A stretch of 63,744 nt of DNA, taken from the NCBI GenBank assembly GCA_030324005.1, contig JARDVH010000154.1, forward strand, positions 15,056,255 through 15,119,998, written 5' to 3'. The stretch is from Negaprion brevirostris. Lineage: Eukaryota. A program made the position numbers and the translations under genes. This document shows, piece after piece, positions 49,265 through 62,395 of the stretch (position 1 is its first letter; the number at the start of each line of letters is the position of its first letter). The notes under the pieces are model-generated. The model was not told the DNA's origin. It saw nothing but the letters and a program-made list of their open reading frames with translations, and made no database searches.

Positions 49265-50033
49265 GTAAGGCTGTGCTTATTGCCTGTTTGTGTCTGCTGA
49301 GACAGTCTTACATTATCCATTTACATAGCATATGTTCATTAACTTTTTAATTAGACAAATTTGTTGGCATTTGATCTATATTGAATGTCACCCAAAAGGA
49401 ATTCTGAATTTCAACGCTAAGATTTCATGTTGTAAAGCTGATTTAGGAATTTAATCATACTTTACTGTTGGTACAATAGGTACAAGATAAGCCAATGTTG
49501 TAAGTTTTTATTTTACTTTCCCTGCGTCTCTTTAGGAATGTAACAATCCCCACCCCTTTGAATTTATAATTTGGGTAAAATTTGACAAGGACCTAGAGGT
49601 GGTTAAGTTGATTGTCACACTTGCACTCCAGGATCATGTTTGAATCCAACCCACACTTTCTTCTGATTATAATCATCTTGATCAAGTTGGCTTTGGGCAG
49701 TCTCAACATTTTCAAATGGGTGTGGGTCCACAGCGTAAAATCCTACATAAATGGACAACTTGACACAGACGAGACCAAGATCGCTGATGTAAAAACATAC
49801 GGTATAAATGTGTGGGGCTGTTTTTCTGAGGTTGGGGTTCAATCACATTGGGTATTTTAGAAGTAATTTAATTTCCCTAAAATGGAAATTGTCAAAACAT
49901 TTCATTTTCATCACTCACATTCCACATATCTCAAGCTCAAAATTCAGTTCAGTTTTCAAGGATTGAACTATAGATGCATTGTCTTGGATATTTTATATGC
50001 TTTCCAAGTTCCAATAATACTTTTTTCTAGTAA

Positions 50034-50258
<225 letters not shown>

Positions 50259-50839
50259 TGACTAATAATCTTGCCTTATTCATAGATAAGATGAATGATG
50301 TTTATGTATGTCCCAGCTCTTGGTACATGGCCCTTTACCATCATTGCAAAGACTTCCAAGTTAAACCTTAGTCATGATTGAAATGTTTACTGAGTTTTTC
50401 AAGATCTGTTTTAATCCATTTTATGGCACGCCCAACAGTTCAGAGATCTTTCTTACTGAGACGTTATCCACTTGTATCCTGGAGTGGCCTTGAACGGCTG
50501 GCATTCTGACTGAGGGAGAGTGTTGACTGTGACCTAAGTTAAGAAGTGGGCCGTCCTCCGTCCGATTTTTGTCAATTAAATAAACATTATTTCCCTAGAT
50601 CATGAAGAAAGTGACATTTAAGTCACTTTTTAAAAAAGTGCATTGGGGATAGTCTCAGATTAATGGATGGTCAACAGTTGGATTCAACAGAATAACTGCT
50701 ACTTGCAGAGGTGTTCTTTCATTCAAAGACAAACTGATCCTATAAGGGCAAATATCTCTGCAAATGTGCAAAGGTAGCTCGGCTAAAATAGCGACATTTG
50801 TATTTTTTTAAAGAAGTAATCACTTGTGCCAAACATATT

Positions 50840-51684
50840 GTTCAAAATTCTCCCAAAAAAATTCTAAGTGCTGAATTTGTGTAGAAACTGGAATGACTCC
50901 TGGTTTTTTCAGCAGGATTTTCAAAATTAATCTCCCACACTGAGCACTGCAGAATGCCCAAGCAAGGTTCATGTTGAAAATCTGGAGGCGGCCTATCCCT
51001 GTTGGAGAGGCCGGCAGCATAAGCGCAGTGGCCTGCTCAGTGCTACGCCGATCTGTCAGCGCGGAGATTGGCACATGCACTGTAGCCCCACACTGCCAGC
51101 CTCCCAATCGCTGGCAAGCATAGCAACCCTCCATCAATGGGCTCCCGGATGTCTTCTGGCAGCTCCAATCAGCACCTTCCCTCCCTCTGCCACTGATCCC
51201 AAGTGTGGAGTGCCAGCGGGATATCTCTTCCCCACCCCATTGACACTACCTGATGCCTGCTGGACAGTGCTAGGGAGCCAGGTTGGTACTGCCAGGCTGA
51301 TGATGCCCTGGAGGCATCCCATACCCCTGACCTCCTGGGGGACAGGGGGGCCTCCATGGCCTGCCTTCACTCCAGCCGGGTCGGATTCCGAGCTCCCCAC
51401 TAGTGGGGATCTGTTGTAAATCCGGCCGAAGTGAACCACTCCTGGCAGGCGAGGGAGGCTAGTGGCCCCAGGGACTTGGAGTCTTGGGCCTGTTAATGAT
51501 ATTGGTATCAGCATTATAATATTTAAATCAGCTCCACTTAGAGCTGATGGCACTGGAGATCTGGGGACCTGAAGACACGCAGAGGCCATGGTGCCCAATG
51601 GGGAGCCTGCTAACCAGCCTCCACTGATGTCTCCCGACCCGCTGCACTGCTAGAGCAACGCAGCGTTCTGGGAGGATCACCCCC
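50840..51684. mobile_element. GC-rich MITE-like non-autonomous DNA transposon
   Basis: imperfect terminal inverted repeats aattctcccaaaa (50846-58) / ttctgggaggatc (51666-78); no coding capacity. Confidence 0.5.
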
Positions 51685-52227
51685 ATTCTATCTTAAACAT
51701 GAGCTTGTGCAATGCCACCAAGTTGGATTTCAGACAGAATGGACTATGTTGTAGTTCAGTTTCCTATTCAGATTGGCTTTTCCCAGGGAGGGAGAGAGTC
51801 CCAACATGCACTGGCCAATGTGCCGTTCGGCCGAGTGGAAGATGTGGTTTTGCCGTTCTGTACATTTCACTTCTCGAATGCTATATGAGAGAGATGCAAT
51901 TGCCTGTGCCAAATATCTAGACCTAACTTCAGACTAATGCTTTGCATTTCGTTCAGCCTGAACATTTGTGCCAGTGAATAGACTGGAGAATGCAGTCAGC
52001 AGTAATTTAAGTCAGGTGCTATTTCATGCAAATCAAGTATAAGTATTGTCCTGACTTGAAACCCTAGATAAGTAGTGCAATTAATCTGTTTGTCCTCTGA
52101 ATGTGAAGGACAAATGTACCAGTAGGTAAGTGACTCTGTTACTGTGCAAAAATAGATGGGCTAAAATGTTAGCATTTGAATTTTTTTAAAAATAGTTACT
52201 CATGCCAAATATATTCTCTTATTCATA

Positions 52228-52888
52228 GGACAACATTCTAGGGGGTTCCAATTGAACAGAAACTGAACTAGACTAGCCACATAAATATTGTCTGCCTGAG
52301 CAGTCAAAGGCTAGGAAGCATGCAGCGAGTAACTTCTCTCCTGATTCCCCAAAGTCTGACTACCATCTGCAAGACACAATTCGGGAGTATAATTGAACAC
52401 TGTCCACTTGCCTGGATCTGTGCAGCTCCAACAACACTGGAAGCTTTACACCATCCAGGACAAAGCAGCCTGCTTGATTGCTACCCCTTCCACAAACATT
52501 CAGTTGCTTCACCACAGTGACAGTGGTGTGTATCATCTACAAGATGCACTGCAGGAAATCATCAAGGTTCCTTGGGCAGCACCTTCCAATCCCACAATCA
52601 CTACCATCTAGAAAAACAAGAGCAGCAGTTATCTGGGAACACCACCACTTAAAGGTTCCCCTCCAAGCTGCACATCATCTTGACTTGGAAATGTATTGCT
52701 GTTCCTTCACTGTCAGTGGTTCAAAATTCTGGAATTCCCTCCCTAACAGTACTGTGGTCGTACCTACATCTCGGGGATTGCAGCGGTTCAAGAAGGCAGC
52801 CCACCATTACCTTAAGGGCACCTTGGGTTAGGAATAAATGCTGGTCTAGCCAGTGATGCCCACATCTCATAGATTAATTTTAAAAAAC
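52228..52888 (+). mobile_element. CR1-group LINE 3' fragment, same family as 1-808
   Basis: RVTSLLIPQSLTTICKTQ..; shared 3' UTR ggaacaccacca..ggaattccctccctaa..aataaatgctgg. Confidence 0.88.
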
Positions 52889-53058
52889 TTTTCTGCAGTT
52901 TAACTTTAAATTCAAATTTGAAATTTCCACGTCTTTTTTCTGAGGTCTCCACTTTAAAAATGTTCAATAGTTTTGCAGCTGCTTGGCTAGCCTACTGATT
53001 TTTACCTCATATCTCTATGAAATTGATGAATTTAAATAGTGTCATTTCCCCTTTTCAG

Positions 53059-53230
53059 AGCTCTCTGAAGTGCTGTGGACCATGGTTATGCACCTTGGAC
53101 TATCAGTAAATAGCTTTGGTGGATCTTTTCTCCTCTTCTTCATATTTGCTGCCTTTGCAGTGCTGACGATTGCAATTCTACTCATCATGGAAGGCCTTTC
53201 TGCATTTCTGCATGCTCTTCGGTTGCACTG
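53059..53230 (+). CDS. ATP6V0A1: coding exon 19 ([58 protein letters not shown])
   Basis: 172 nt, ttcag/GTAAGA; [15 protein letters not shown] motif. Confidence 0.97.
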
Positions 53231-53869
53231 GTAAGAAAAGAGCTTAATTTCCAATATTTGTTCCATCTGATGGGAGTTGTCATATTTAATGAAGCTTTTT
53301 TTTTAAGAAAGCTCTTCAACTCTGAATGTCCAAATGCATACATGGTGTGACTTTGAAATGTGCACATCACAAAGGTTTTGGGTTCAGCCCATAGTTTGTG
53401 CTGCACGATATCTTGGGTGGGGCAATTGGAGATGTTTTTGGGTCATTGTCCCTCGGCTAGCNNNNNNNNNNNNNNNNNNNNNNNNNNNNNNNNNNNNNNN
53501 NNNNNNNNNNNNNNNNNNNNNNNNNNNNNNNNNNNNNNNNNNNNNNNNNNNNNNNNNNNNNNNNNNNNNNNNNNNNNNNNNNNNNNNNNNNNNNNNNNNN
53601 NNNNNNNNNNNNNNNNNNNNNNNNNNNNNNNNNNNNNNNNNNNNNNNNNNNNNNNNNNNNNNNNNNNNNNNNNNNNNNNNNNNNNNNNNNNNNNNNNNNN
53701 NNNNNNNNNNCAAAAGAAAAACAGATGGAAATCGTCAAAGGAAAATAAATGGGAAGACACAAAAATGCAGATCAACGTATGGCATTTGTGCTTTGGTTGG
53801 AGTTCAGAGGTGCCAATCTGGCTGGAGATTTTGATTTTTCTTACAACTGTTTAGATTCTTCAAAGGCTT

Positions 53870-54150
53870 GCACATATGAATCTTTCAAAAAAGGAAGGCT
53901 GAGGGTGTGATGTAACAGAAGTCTTTAAAATTACGAAGTGTTATGATTGAGGGCCATCAGACTTTGGAATTCTTTGGGAAAGAGAGTAGTGAAGGCTATG
54001 TTAATTAATATATTCAAGGCTGAGATGTATGGACTTTTGATCAGTAGTAGAGCCGAGAGCTATGGGAACAGGAAAGTAGAGTTAAGGCCAGAAATCAAAT
54101 CTTATTGAGTGGAGGAGCAGGGTTGTGGGGTATTCTCTTTCACCTATTTT
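53870..54150 (+). mobile_element. decayed CR1 3' fragment
   Basis: aggctgagggtg..gtctttaaaatt..atattcaaggctgagat..ggagcagg. Confidence 0.6.
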
Positions 54151-54788
54151 CTTAGGATTGTATTTTTATTCCCTCCTTCCATGTTTCTTCCCATTGGGAT
54201 AACAGTAGGATTCATAGAACCACCTCGGTCAGATATATCATGTATGGGACTGTCTATTCTTTGTGAATTTAAATAGTACCAGCTGAAGGGTTCAGCCAAG
54301 GAGGCATCAGTGTTGAGCCTCCTCATATTAATAGTATAGAAGGCAGATTCCATGCTGTTTAATGATCTTTATAGTGATAGGAACAACTTACATTATTGCT
54401 TATGAAGTGAAATTATATGTATTTAAAAAGATACTTTGAAATGAACATTGTACTAAGTGTTGAGCAAGTGAAAAGGGTCAAATTATCTTTAAAATTCTGA
54501 ACGTTTTCTCGCAGGGACACGACTGGTTAGTCTTTGCAAGTGAAAACTGATTATTTTTTTGCCATTACCACCTTCCTTTGTTTAGTTGTACTGAAGCCGT
54601 TTCTAGCTGACCTCTTACGATCCAGGCAGAAATCAGTCTAGGCCAGGATTCGAAATTTAGGGGCATTGTATTTCTGACTACTTGCTCACTAACCATTTAA
54701 CTTGCAGAGTTGCAAAGGTGCTACCTTGGCTACGATCATGATTAGAGGAGCCTGGCCATTTATTAATATAAAAATGAAAGCCAGTTGT

Positions 54789-54970
54789 AAAACAAAATCA
54801 CTGTGGATGCTGGAAATCTGAGGTTAAAAACAGGGAATGCTGAAAAACTTAGGACTGGTAACATCTGTGGAGAGCCTTTATACTTAAAGCCCATATGACT
54901 TTTTTCTGAAGAGTAGTCATCTGGATTTGACGTTGACTGTATTTCTCTCCACAGGTGCTGCCAGACCACC
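54789..54970. mobile_element. palindromic Penelope-like terminal repeat remnant
   Basis: gatgctggaaatctga..catctgtggagag / ctctccacaggtgctgccagacc; degenerate CTGAAGA core at ~54906. Confidence 0.6.
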
Positions 54971-55869
54971 TGTTTTAATTTACAAAAGTAAACCACCTCG
55001 TGACCACCTTTCTGAGATTGTATTTTCAGCAATGGTCAACCTATTAGTATCTGTGACAAAATTAGCACAAAACTAATTTCAGTAACATTTTACCTTGGAC
55101 CTTGTTCCTCCATGTTTTTAATCTAATTGAAAATATCCACCTCCAAACAGCCGCGTTTCATTTAGAGTTCTTTGTAATCCCTGGTTTAACATTTAACGAC
55201 TTAATGTAATTTTATGAAGAATGCTTTGGTATTCCTTATAGTTTGCATGAAGCTCGTAGATAATCCAGAATGTAAGGTCCCATAAAATAAATTCTCATCA
55301 ATCTAGCTGATTTCTTCGTCTGGAAATGATTATGCTTTGTCCTGGCCAGTTCTTCTAACTTTTTGCTGTGAGTTAGCAGTTAACATTCTCTTTTAGCCAC
55401 ATGGGCAACTTTTAAAATCATTCTTTATTTTGATGTCTTAATTTTTAAACCTAGTTCTATTTGCTTATTAACAGTCTCCTTTGCAAATAATGAATCGTAC
55501 AATTGGGTACTTCAGGGTGTTTTCATGATGGAATTATGTTTTGGATAATAATGAAATTAGTTTTTTTGTTTGCTCCAATTCCTTCTAGGACCTGAACAAT
55601 ACCTCACATTCATATAGTGCCTTTAACCCAGTAAAATGTCAAAAAAGATGTTCAAGTAAAACATAATGTTGGATCTGTGATTTTATCTGCTTGAACATGG
55701 AAAAGTAATTGACAGCGTTTGCAGATGTTTCCCCCCTCCAAACTTCTATAATGTGAAAGAGTAATTTGTGCTTCATGACTTTAGGTGCAAACTAGTGGGT
55801 GTACTTTGAGGTCTTGATTTTCACACAACCATTGTGCTGAACATATTGCAACATTGACTTAAAAGTCAT

Positions 55870-56235
55870 ACATCTCAGGAAAAGATGAAAAGATTTGGGT
55901 CTCTTTTATCTGCCAGAAAGAAGGTTGTGGAGCGACCTTGCTGGAGTCGATACCATTTTCACTTGTGGGGTAGAATGAAATTGAAACCTGCCAAAATAAG
56001 ATGGTTACCAAGAAATTAAAGAGGGAATTGAGAAGGAATTTCTTTACCCAGAGTGTAATGAGAATGTGGAACTGACTGCCCACAGGGAGTAGTTGAGGTG
56101 AAATGCCTGGATCTGTTTAAGGGAAGTTAAATAAGCAGATGAGGGAGAAGGAAACAGAGGGTTATGTTGATAGCTAGATAAGGATGGGAGGAGGGTTGAG
56201 TGGTGTGTAAATGCTGGCATGGACTCTGTTGTAAT
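55870..56235 (+). mobile_element. CR1-like 3' fragment
   Basis: ggaatttctttacccagagtgtaatgagaatgtggaac..gtagttgagg. Confidence 0.75.
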
Positions 56236-56244
56236 TTTGATTGA

Positions 56245-56480
56245 AGTTAATTATTGGCCAGAGCATTGGGCTTAACATCCCTTCCTTCTTCGAAATAGTA
56301 CCATGGTTCTTTTATGTCCACCTTTAAAAGGCAGGCAGGCCTGTTTAGCATCTCTTCCGAAAGAGATCTCCTCTGACAGCAGTGCAGCACTAGAATGTCA
56401 ATCCTTTATTTTTATGCCCGCCTCCTGGAGTGAGGAACCTGGTGACTGAGCCATGAATGTTAATAACTGAGTCATAGCTG
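56245..56480 (-). mobile_element. Deu-SINE (SacSINE1-like)
   Basis: cttcttcgaaatagtaccatgg..ttttatgtccacct..tccgaaagag..ctctgacag..gtgcagcact. Confidence 0.75.
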
Positions 56481-57581
56481 AGTCATCTATGTAATTTTAT
56501 GCAAGCGCAATGATGGCCTGTAAAATACTGGTACCAATTCCAAATTGAGATGTGGCTTAAAATGAGCCAAACTGACATTTTTTCCTGATGAGCCTTTGGG
56601 GATGTTTTCGACTTTTCCTTCTGCAATAAAACAAGGTTGGGTTTAAAGAGGGAAATTTGGATAAGGAAGAAAAATCATGACTGGAAACTACTAACAAGGA
56701 AAGCTAAAATTGGTGAATTGGCACCTATGTTGTGCAGTTATTTCAGTGCTTGTTATGAATGTTCTGTTTTTACTGCCCTGCAAATTATGAGCTGCAGTCA
56801 TTCAGTCTGTACATTTGACAATTGTCTAACTGCCAAAGAAGTCTTCGGCCCAAATTGGGACGCACACTGGAAAAATAAATAAAGTGAATTTGCGAATGAG
56901 CTTGGAAATATCGAACTTTTAATGTTCTGCCCTGAAACACTAGCTCAGATTTCACGGTGGGTGGTGAAGCAGTGGCAGTCGCTGACCTAAGAAAGCAACA
57001 AAATATTTATCTTGAAGATTGTTCATAATTTAACATTGCACAATAGGAAGCCAGTGAAGCTGTTCAGCAATTATGAACTTTTACGCTGTTAAACCCAGTT
57101 GAACCTCGTTCAAAGGTGCAACCTTCTCAGCAATTTTCTAGCAAGACTATCCACATACAACTCTCTACAGGATTGCAGAGTAGAGGGGAATTTGACAGCG
57201 CCCAAAGAGGAAGTGTGAAATCGCTCATTGACAACAACTTCTGGATTTCCATATTTGACTACGCTTGTGCCAACACCTAAAACTGACATCAACTTTTGAG
57301 TAATCCCAACTCACATGGACTGGTTTCAGACCATCGCTACAGCAAAATCCAGGCCATTCTGTAACTTAGCATGTTTCCAGTAAAAATATTTTTAGCCTTT
57401 TTTCGGTTGCATACTACAAGAACTGGTCATTTTAAATAACTAGTGCAAATGCATTTTAAAACCTGTGTCAATTAAATAATTCCATTCAAAGTTTTTAAAA
57501 AAGTATTAGAAACTGTAATTATTGTTATTATTTATCAACACGAAGCCAGGTTCTGGCTGCTGAAACTTGAACCCCTGTAAT

Positions 57582-58000
57582 TTTTATTTAGCGAATGTCC
57601 CTAAGCCAAGCAGTTTCTTGAGTCCTGCTGTGATGCATTGGATAGGTCTCTGCTCGGTTTGTGGATTGGGCACGTTTCTATGATGCGGTGCATAGCCTGT
57701 ACATGAAGCTGGCACTAATGTCCCATCTGTGGAGATTGGCCAAGCAAGGACCTTGACTGGTCTTGAACCTGTTGCGGGTAGACCACACTTTCCTTGGAAG
57801 GTTGAAACCAGGCAGCTGTTGGTTTGGGTTTGAGACTGGATAATTGTTTGTCATCCCAATGATTCTCATTTGTTTGTTTGGCTTGAGCAGCCATACTTTG
57901 CAGCATTGTTTTAAGTTTTGGCAAGTCCTCATTTAGGGTCTGGCCCAAGGTGTCAAAATGGGGGGCTTGAGCTGCGAGGCAGATGTTGTCAGCATATATG
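57582..58000 (-). mobile_element. Vingi/ingi-like non-LTR retrotransposon 3' fragment
   Basis: PGFNLPRKVWSTRNRFKTSQGPCLANLHRW..ETCP; tail cattcgctaaataaa. Confidence 0.7.
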
Positions 58001-59524
58001 AATTTTTGAGAGAGTTTTTGAAAGATTTATGCACAAGTTGAACAGGGTTGGAGCCAGTACTGAGCCGGAGAGCCCATTCGTTGTCTTTTCCGTGTACTTT
58101 TTGCCTGTCCGTGATGAACTCTGAACCTTCAATTCAACAGTGTTTTAAATATTTTTAGTGAGTGGGGGATCGATAGTAATTCCAACTAGCCAGTGAAAAA
58201 CTAATTGACAGAATGGAGAACTACTAAGATGTGACTAGCATTGATCAAATGTTCTTGTTTCAGAGTAGCTTGTTTTTAAATATTCCAAGGACAGGCATAA
58301 TGCTCAAAGCTAAATTCAATTGTTTCAAATATAGTTGATCATAACCCCTTGATAGAAGATACCTAGAGTCCATATTGTCATAAACCTTGACAATCTTCTG
58401 TGGAGAGTATTCCAATTGCACTGTTGCTTTGTATCAGTCTTATCAGAGTAATACTTCACTGAAATAAGTTATAATCTGAAACCTGCTTGAATGGTCCTAA
58501 ATGCCTGGATCCTGTCCTGGCAGATCAGCTCAGGATCCGTGACAATGTTCCCCTGATATTAACTATTAGCAGAATCCATTATTCGCAAGGAACAGAAAAG
58601 TTACAATGTTTTGGTGGTGTGTCTCCTGAAACATTTTAAGAACTGTGGAGCACCATGAAGTGACACATTCTGAATGTTGTCTGGTTTCTTGTTCGCATTT
58701 TCTTTGTAGTCAGTGAATATTTATTCCCTGACATGTTGGATATTATATTACTGTGGCCATCTATTTAGAGATTACTTTTTTACTGTCTGCTGATATATTA
58801 TTTCATTGAATCCCTTAATTCTAGCTGTGGAGTAATCTTTGGTAGCAAGCTATTTGATTTGACATTTTGTGGCAGTAAGCAGTGGAGTCTTTTGGATACT
58901 CCAGTTCTCTTTTGGCTTCTGCATTTAAGATTGAGCTGTGGCCCTTCTAAATTCTGAGTGCGACCCATGCAACATTTTATTGACCATTGCTCACGTGCAG
59001 GTTTGCTACATTCTGCTGATTTCCGTCTGCACACTTTTTTCCCCCCAACCAGTATGACTGAAGTGATTCGTACATAAAGCAAGGGCAAGTGGAGTGAGGT
59101 GCATGCTGATTGCTCACAACACTGACTGTGAGAGCCATGTGCTCCCATCAAACATAAATATTTCTTTTGTTACTACCATTTGAAGTTGGTTGTTCTGTTA
59201 AATGAATGAGTAAGCATTTTCTATAACTCATTAAAATATTCAGTGTGTATTAAATGTATTCAATCTTATTCATGGTTAGTGAGCAAGCCTGATTTCGATT
59301 TTGCAGCCCATTTCGGTGCAGGAGGGCCACTCATGCAGCCCACTCACTCATCGAGGTTACCCATCACTGTTGTAGACTCATACAACTGAGACCTGATCAA
59401 ACGAGCCCTGCAATTCTGGCATGTGAAATTTAACGGAATCAAGAGTTTTTGATTTGTTTTTCTGCAAAGTGATTTACATTGGTGACAAAGGACAGCATCC
59501 TGAAATTTTCATTTTCTATTACTT

Positions 59525-59805
59525 ACGTGGCGAAAAACTGCAGCAGGCGATGGTGCAGAGGGACCTCGGGGTCCTTGTGCATGAGTCGCAAAAACCCAGC
59601 CTGCAGGTGGTCAGGAAGGCTAATGGGANNNNNNNNNNNNNNNNNNNNNNNNNNNNNNNNNNNNNNNNNNNNNNNNNNNNNNNNNNNNNNNNNNNNNNNN
59701 NNNNNNNNNNNNNNNNNNNNNNNNNNNNGCCATGATCTTATTGAATGGCGGGGCAGGCTCGAAGGGCTAGATGGCCTACTCCTCCTATTTCTTACGTTCT
59801 TATGT
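59525..59805 (+). mobile_element. young CR1 collapsed around a gap
   Basis: QRDLGVLVHESQK..RKANG then tail gaatggcggggcaggctcgaaggg. Confidence 0.85.
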
Positions 59806-60487
59806 TTAAATATTTACCTTATTATAATGAGCTATTAATAGGTGGTTTTTGCATTGGACACTGCTAAACCATCCTAATATATCTTGGTTGGGGTTTGGAT
59901 TTATGTTTATAAAAACTTAGTATAAATATCTCAAAATAATTCTACTGTGGCTATTTATTTTGATACAGTGGGATAGAAATCTTGATGTCCGGGAGGTGTA
60001 TCCACGCTAAGTCCCAGTATTTTCTACCACCAATTTTTTTCTCTAAGTTTCCCTTACTTTAGATTCACTTTTACTGGTGCTTTTTCTTGCTCCACTGTGA
60101 AAACTGAGAGTATTCACTTTAATCTTAAAGCTCTTTACATTTGTTATGATGATGACTGCCTTTTTATGAGGCTCACGTTTATTTACCTTTTACTGTCAAT
60201 CAATAGTTTCTGGCAAATCCAGAACATGAACACAAAAAAAAGACTTGTATTTCCACGCAATGCCAAGTGTCATTAGATGTGCCAACATATGGCCTGTTAA
60301 GTCGAGGTGCAACGTGCCTACTCTGAGGCACTGTCCAAAGATAAAGTGGATGTTCTGGCTGGCATTCTAACCACTATCGGGAATAAATTGGCTGGTCATC
60401 CACTAATTTCAAATTCTATACAAATTCTGTTTGCTAACATACCAGCTCCATTTAGAAAAAGTAAGTTGCTGGCTGTGAGGTACTTTG

Positions 60488-60812
60488 CATAGAAAAATAG
60501 AAGATAGGAACAAGAGGAAGCCTTTGAGCCTGCTCTGCCATTCATTACGATCATGGCTGTTATTTCACCACAATAGCCTAATCCTGTTTTCTCCATAATC
60601 TTTGATCCCATTCGCCCCAAGTGCTACATCTAGCCACCTCTTGAATACATTCAATGTTTTGGCATCAACTACTTCCTGTGGTAATGAATTCCACAGGCTC
60701 AGCACTTTTTGGGTAAAGAAATGTCATCTCACCTCCATCCTAAATGGTCAGCCCTGCATTCTTATAGACTGCGACCCCTAGTTCTGGACACCACCACCAT
60801 TGGGAACATCCT
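60488..60812 (-). mobile_element. CR1 3' end
   Basis: catagaaaaatagaagatagga..gaattccacaggctc. Confidence 0.85.
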
Positions 60813-60829
60813 TACACATATAGTAATAT

Positions 60830-61030
60830 AAAAGCAAAACACGGCAGATGCCGGAAATATGAAATAAAATTAGAAAATGCTGAAAAAAGTCAGCGGGTTT
60901 AGCAGTTTCTATGGAGAGAAAAACAGAGGAAGGTTTTGATTCCACGTGGGCTCAGAACATTAACTCTGTTTCCATCTTCACATAAGCTGCCAGACCTGCT
61001 GAGTTTTGCCAGCATTTTTTGTTTTTGACT
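60830..61030. mobile_element. palindromic Penelope-like terminal repeat remnant (hairpin)
   Basis: agaaaatgctg..tcagc..gcag..ggagag..aacagag / ctctgtt..ctgccagacctgctgag..ccagcatttt. Confidence 0.65.
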
Positions 61031-61051
61031 ACAGAATAGTTTTAATGTACA

Positions 61052-61582
61052 TTTTGATATATTATTGTCACATGTATTAGCATATAGTGAAAAGTATTGT
61101 TTCTTGCACACAAAGCATCCAATTTATAGAGAAGGAAACAAGAGTGCAGAATGTAGTGTTATCGTCATAGCTAGGGTGGAGAGAAAGATCAACTTAATGC
61201 AGAATAGGTCCATTCAAAATCTGATGGCAGCAGAAGCTGTTCTTGAGTCAGCCAGTACATGACATCCTCCGGAAGAAGGTGGAAGAGAGAATGTCTGGGA
61301 TACATGACTGCTTTGTTGAGGCAGCGGGAAGTGTAGATAGTCAACGGATAGGAGGCTGGTTTACGTGACAGATTGGGCTACGTTCATGATCTTTTGTGGT
61401 CTCTTGTCTTGGGCAGAGTAGGAGCCATACCACACTGCAGTACAACCAGAAAGAATGCTTTCTGTGGTGCATCATGCCAAAATTCCTTAGGCTTTTGAGA
61501 AAGTAGAAGCGCTAGTGGGCTTTCTTAACTATAGTGTTGGCATGGGGGGACTAGGACTGGTTGCTAGTGATCTGGACACCAA
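61052..61582 (-). mobile_element. Rex1/Babar 3' fragment
   Basis: homologous to 4681-5300. Confidence 0.88.
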
Positions 61583-62139
61583 AAATTTATTTTAAAGGGA
61601 GGAGGTGTTCAGTGGATTAAAGAATGTATTTCAATCAAAACAGTCCTTTAAGTAAAGCTATGGTTCTGAACTTGTGGTCATGGGCAATTGGAAGGAATTG
61701 ACCTTCTATCTTGGAAGCAGACATGTTTCATGGCCTGTATTGTGCTCTGCACCCACACATGTTTCGGCTGTCAAATGGGTTTAATCATATTCCGCTTATA
61801 GGAGTATGTGGGATGTTGTATGGAACAGCTGGCTGTCTATAAAGCTTCCAGTAATCCAAAGAGTGGCATACCTCATCTCCGTCTGGAGCAATACAGCTTC
61901 TATATAAGAATGAATCTGATATCTGTAAACAGATTTTTTTGTTAACATAGCACAAGCTTCTAATACTGACAAGTTTTTCTTTCTTGACATGTGTAATATT
62001 GTAATTTTGATTTTTGAAAAGGTCAAGGTATGAAATTTTGGACACCTGATTTCAAAATACTTGTTTACAAGTAATATCGGAAATTGAGAAATTAGATCTT
62101 AACAAATAGGCTAAATAATGTTGATTTAAAGTAAAAACA

Positions 62140-62395
62140 TAAAATTTATTTATTTCGTCACAAGTGAGGCTTACATTTACACTGCAGTGAAGTTATTGTG
62201 CAATTTCCCTAGTCACCACAGTCCTCCTGTTCAGGTCAATGCACCTAACCAGCACATCTTTCAGAATGTGGGAGGAAACCCATGCAGACACGAGGAGAAC
62301 ATGCAAACTCCAGGCAGTGACCCAAGCCAAGAATTGAACCTGGGTCCCTGGTGCTGTGAGGCAGCAGTGCTAACCACTGCTACCATGCCGCCCCC
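62140..62395 (-). mobile_element. V-SINE with Rex1-like tail
   Basis: tttattt..gtcacaagtgaggcttacatttacactgcagtgaag + V-core + head. Confidence 0.88.

Noticed and set aside
50820-51598. Several overlapping 100-154 aa ORFs
   Set aside because: By-product of a GC-rich MITE-like repeat with few stop codons
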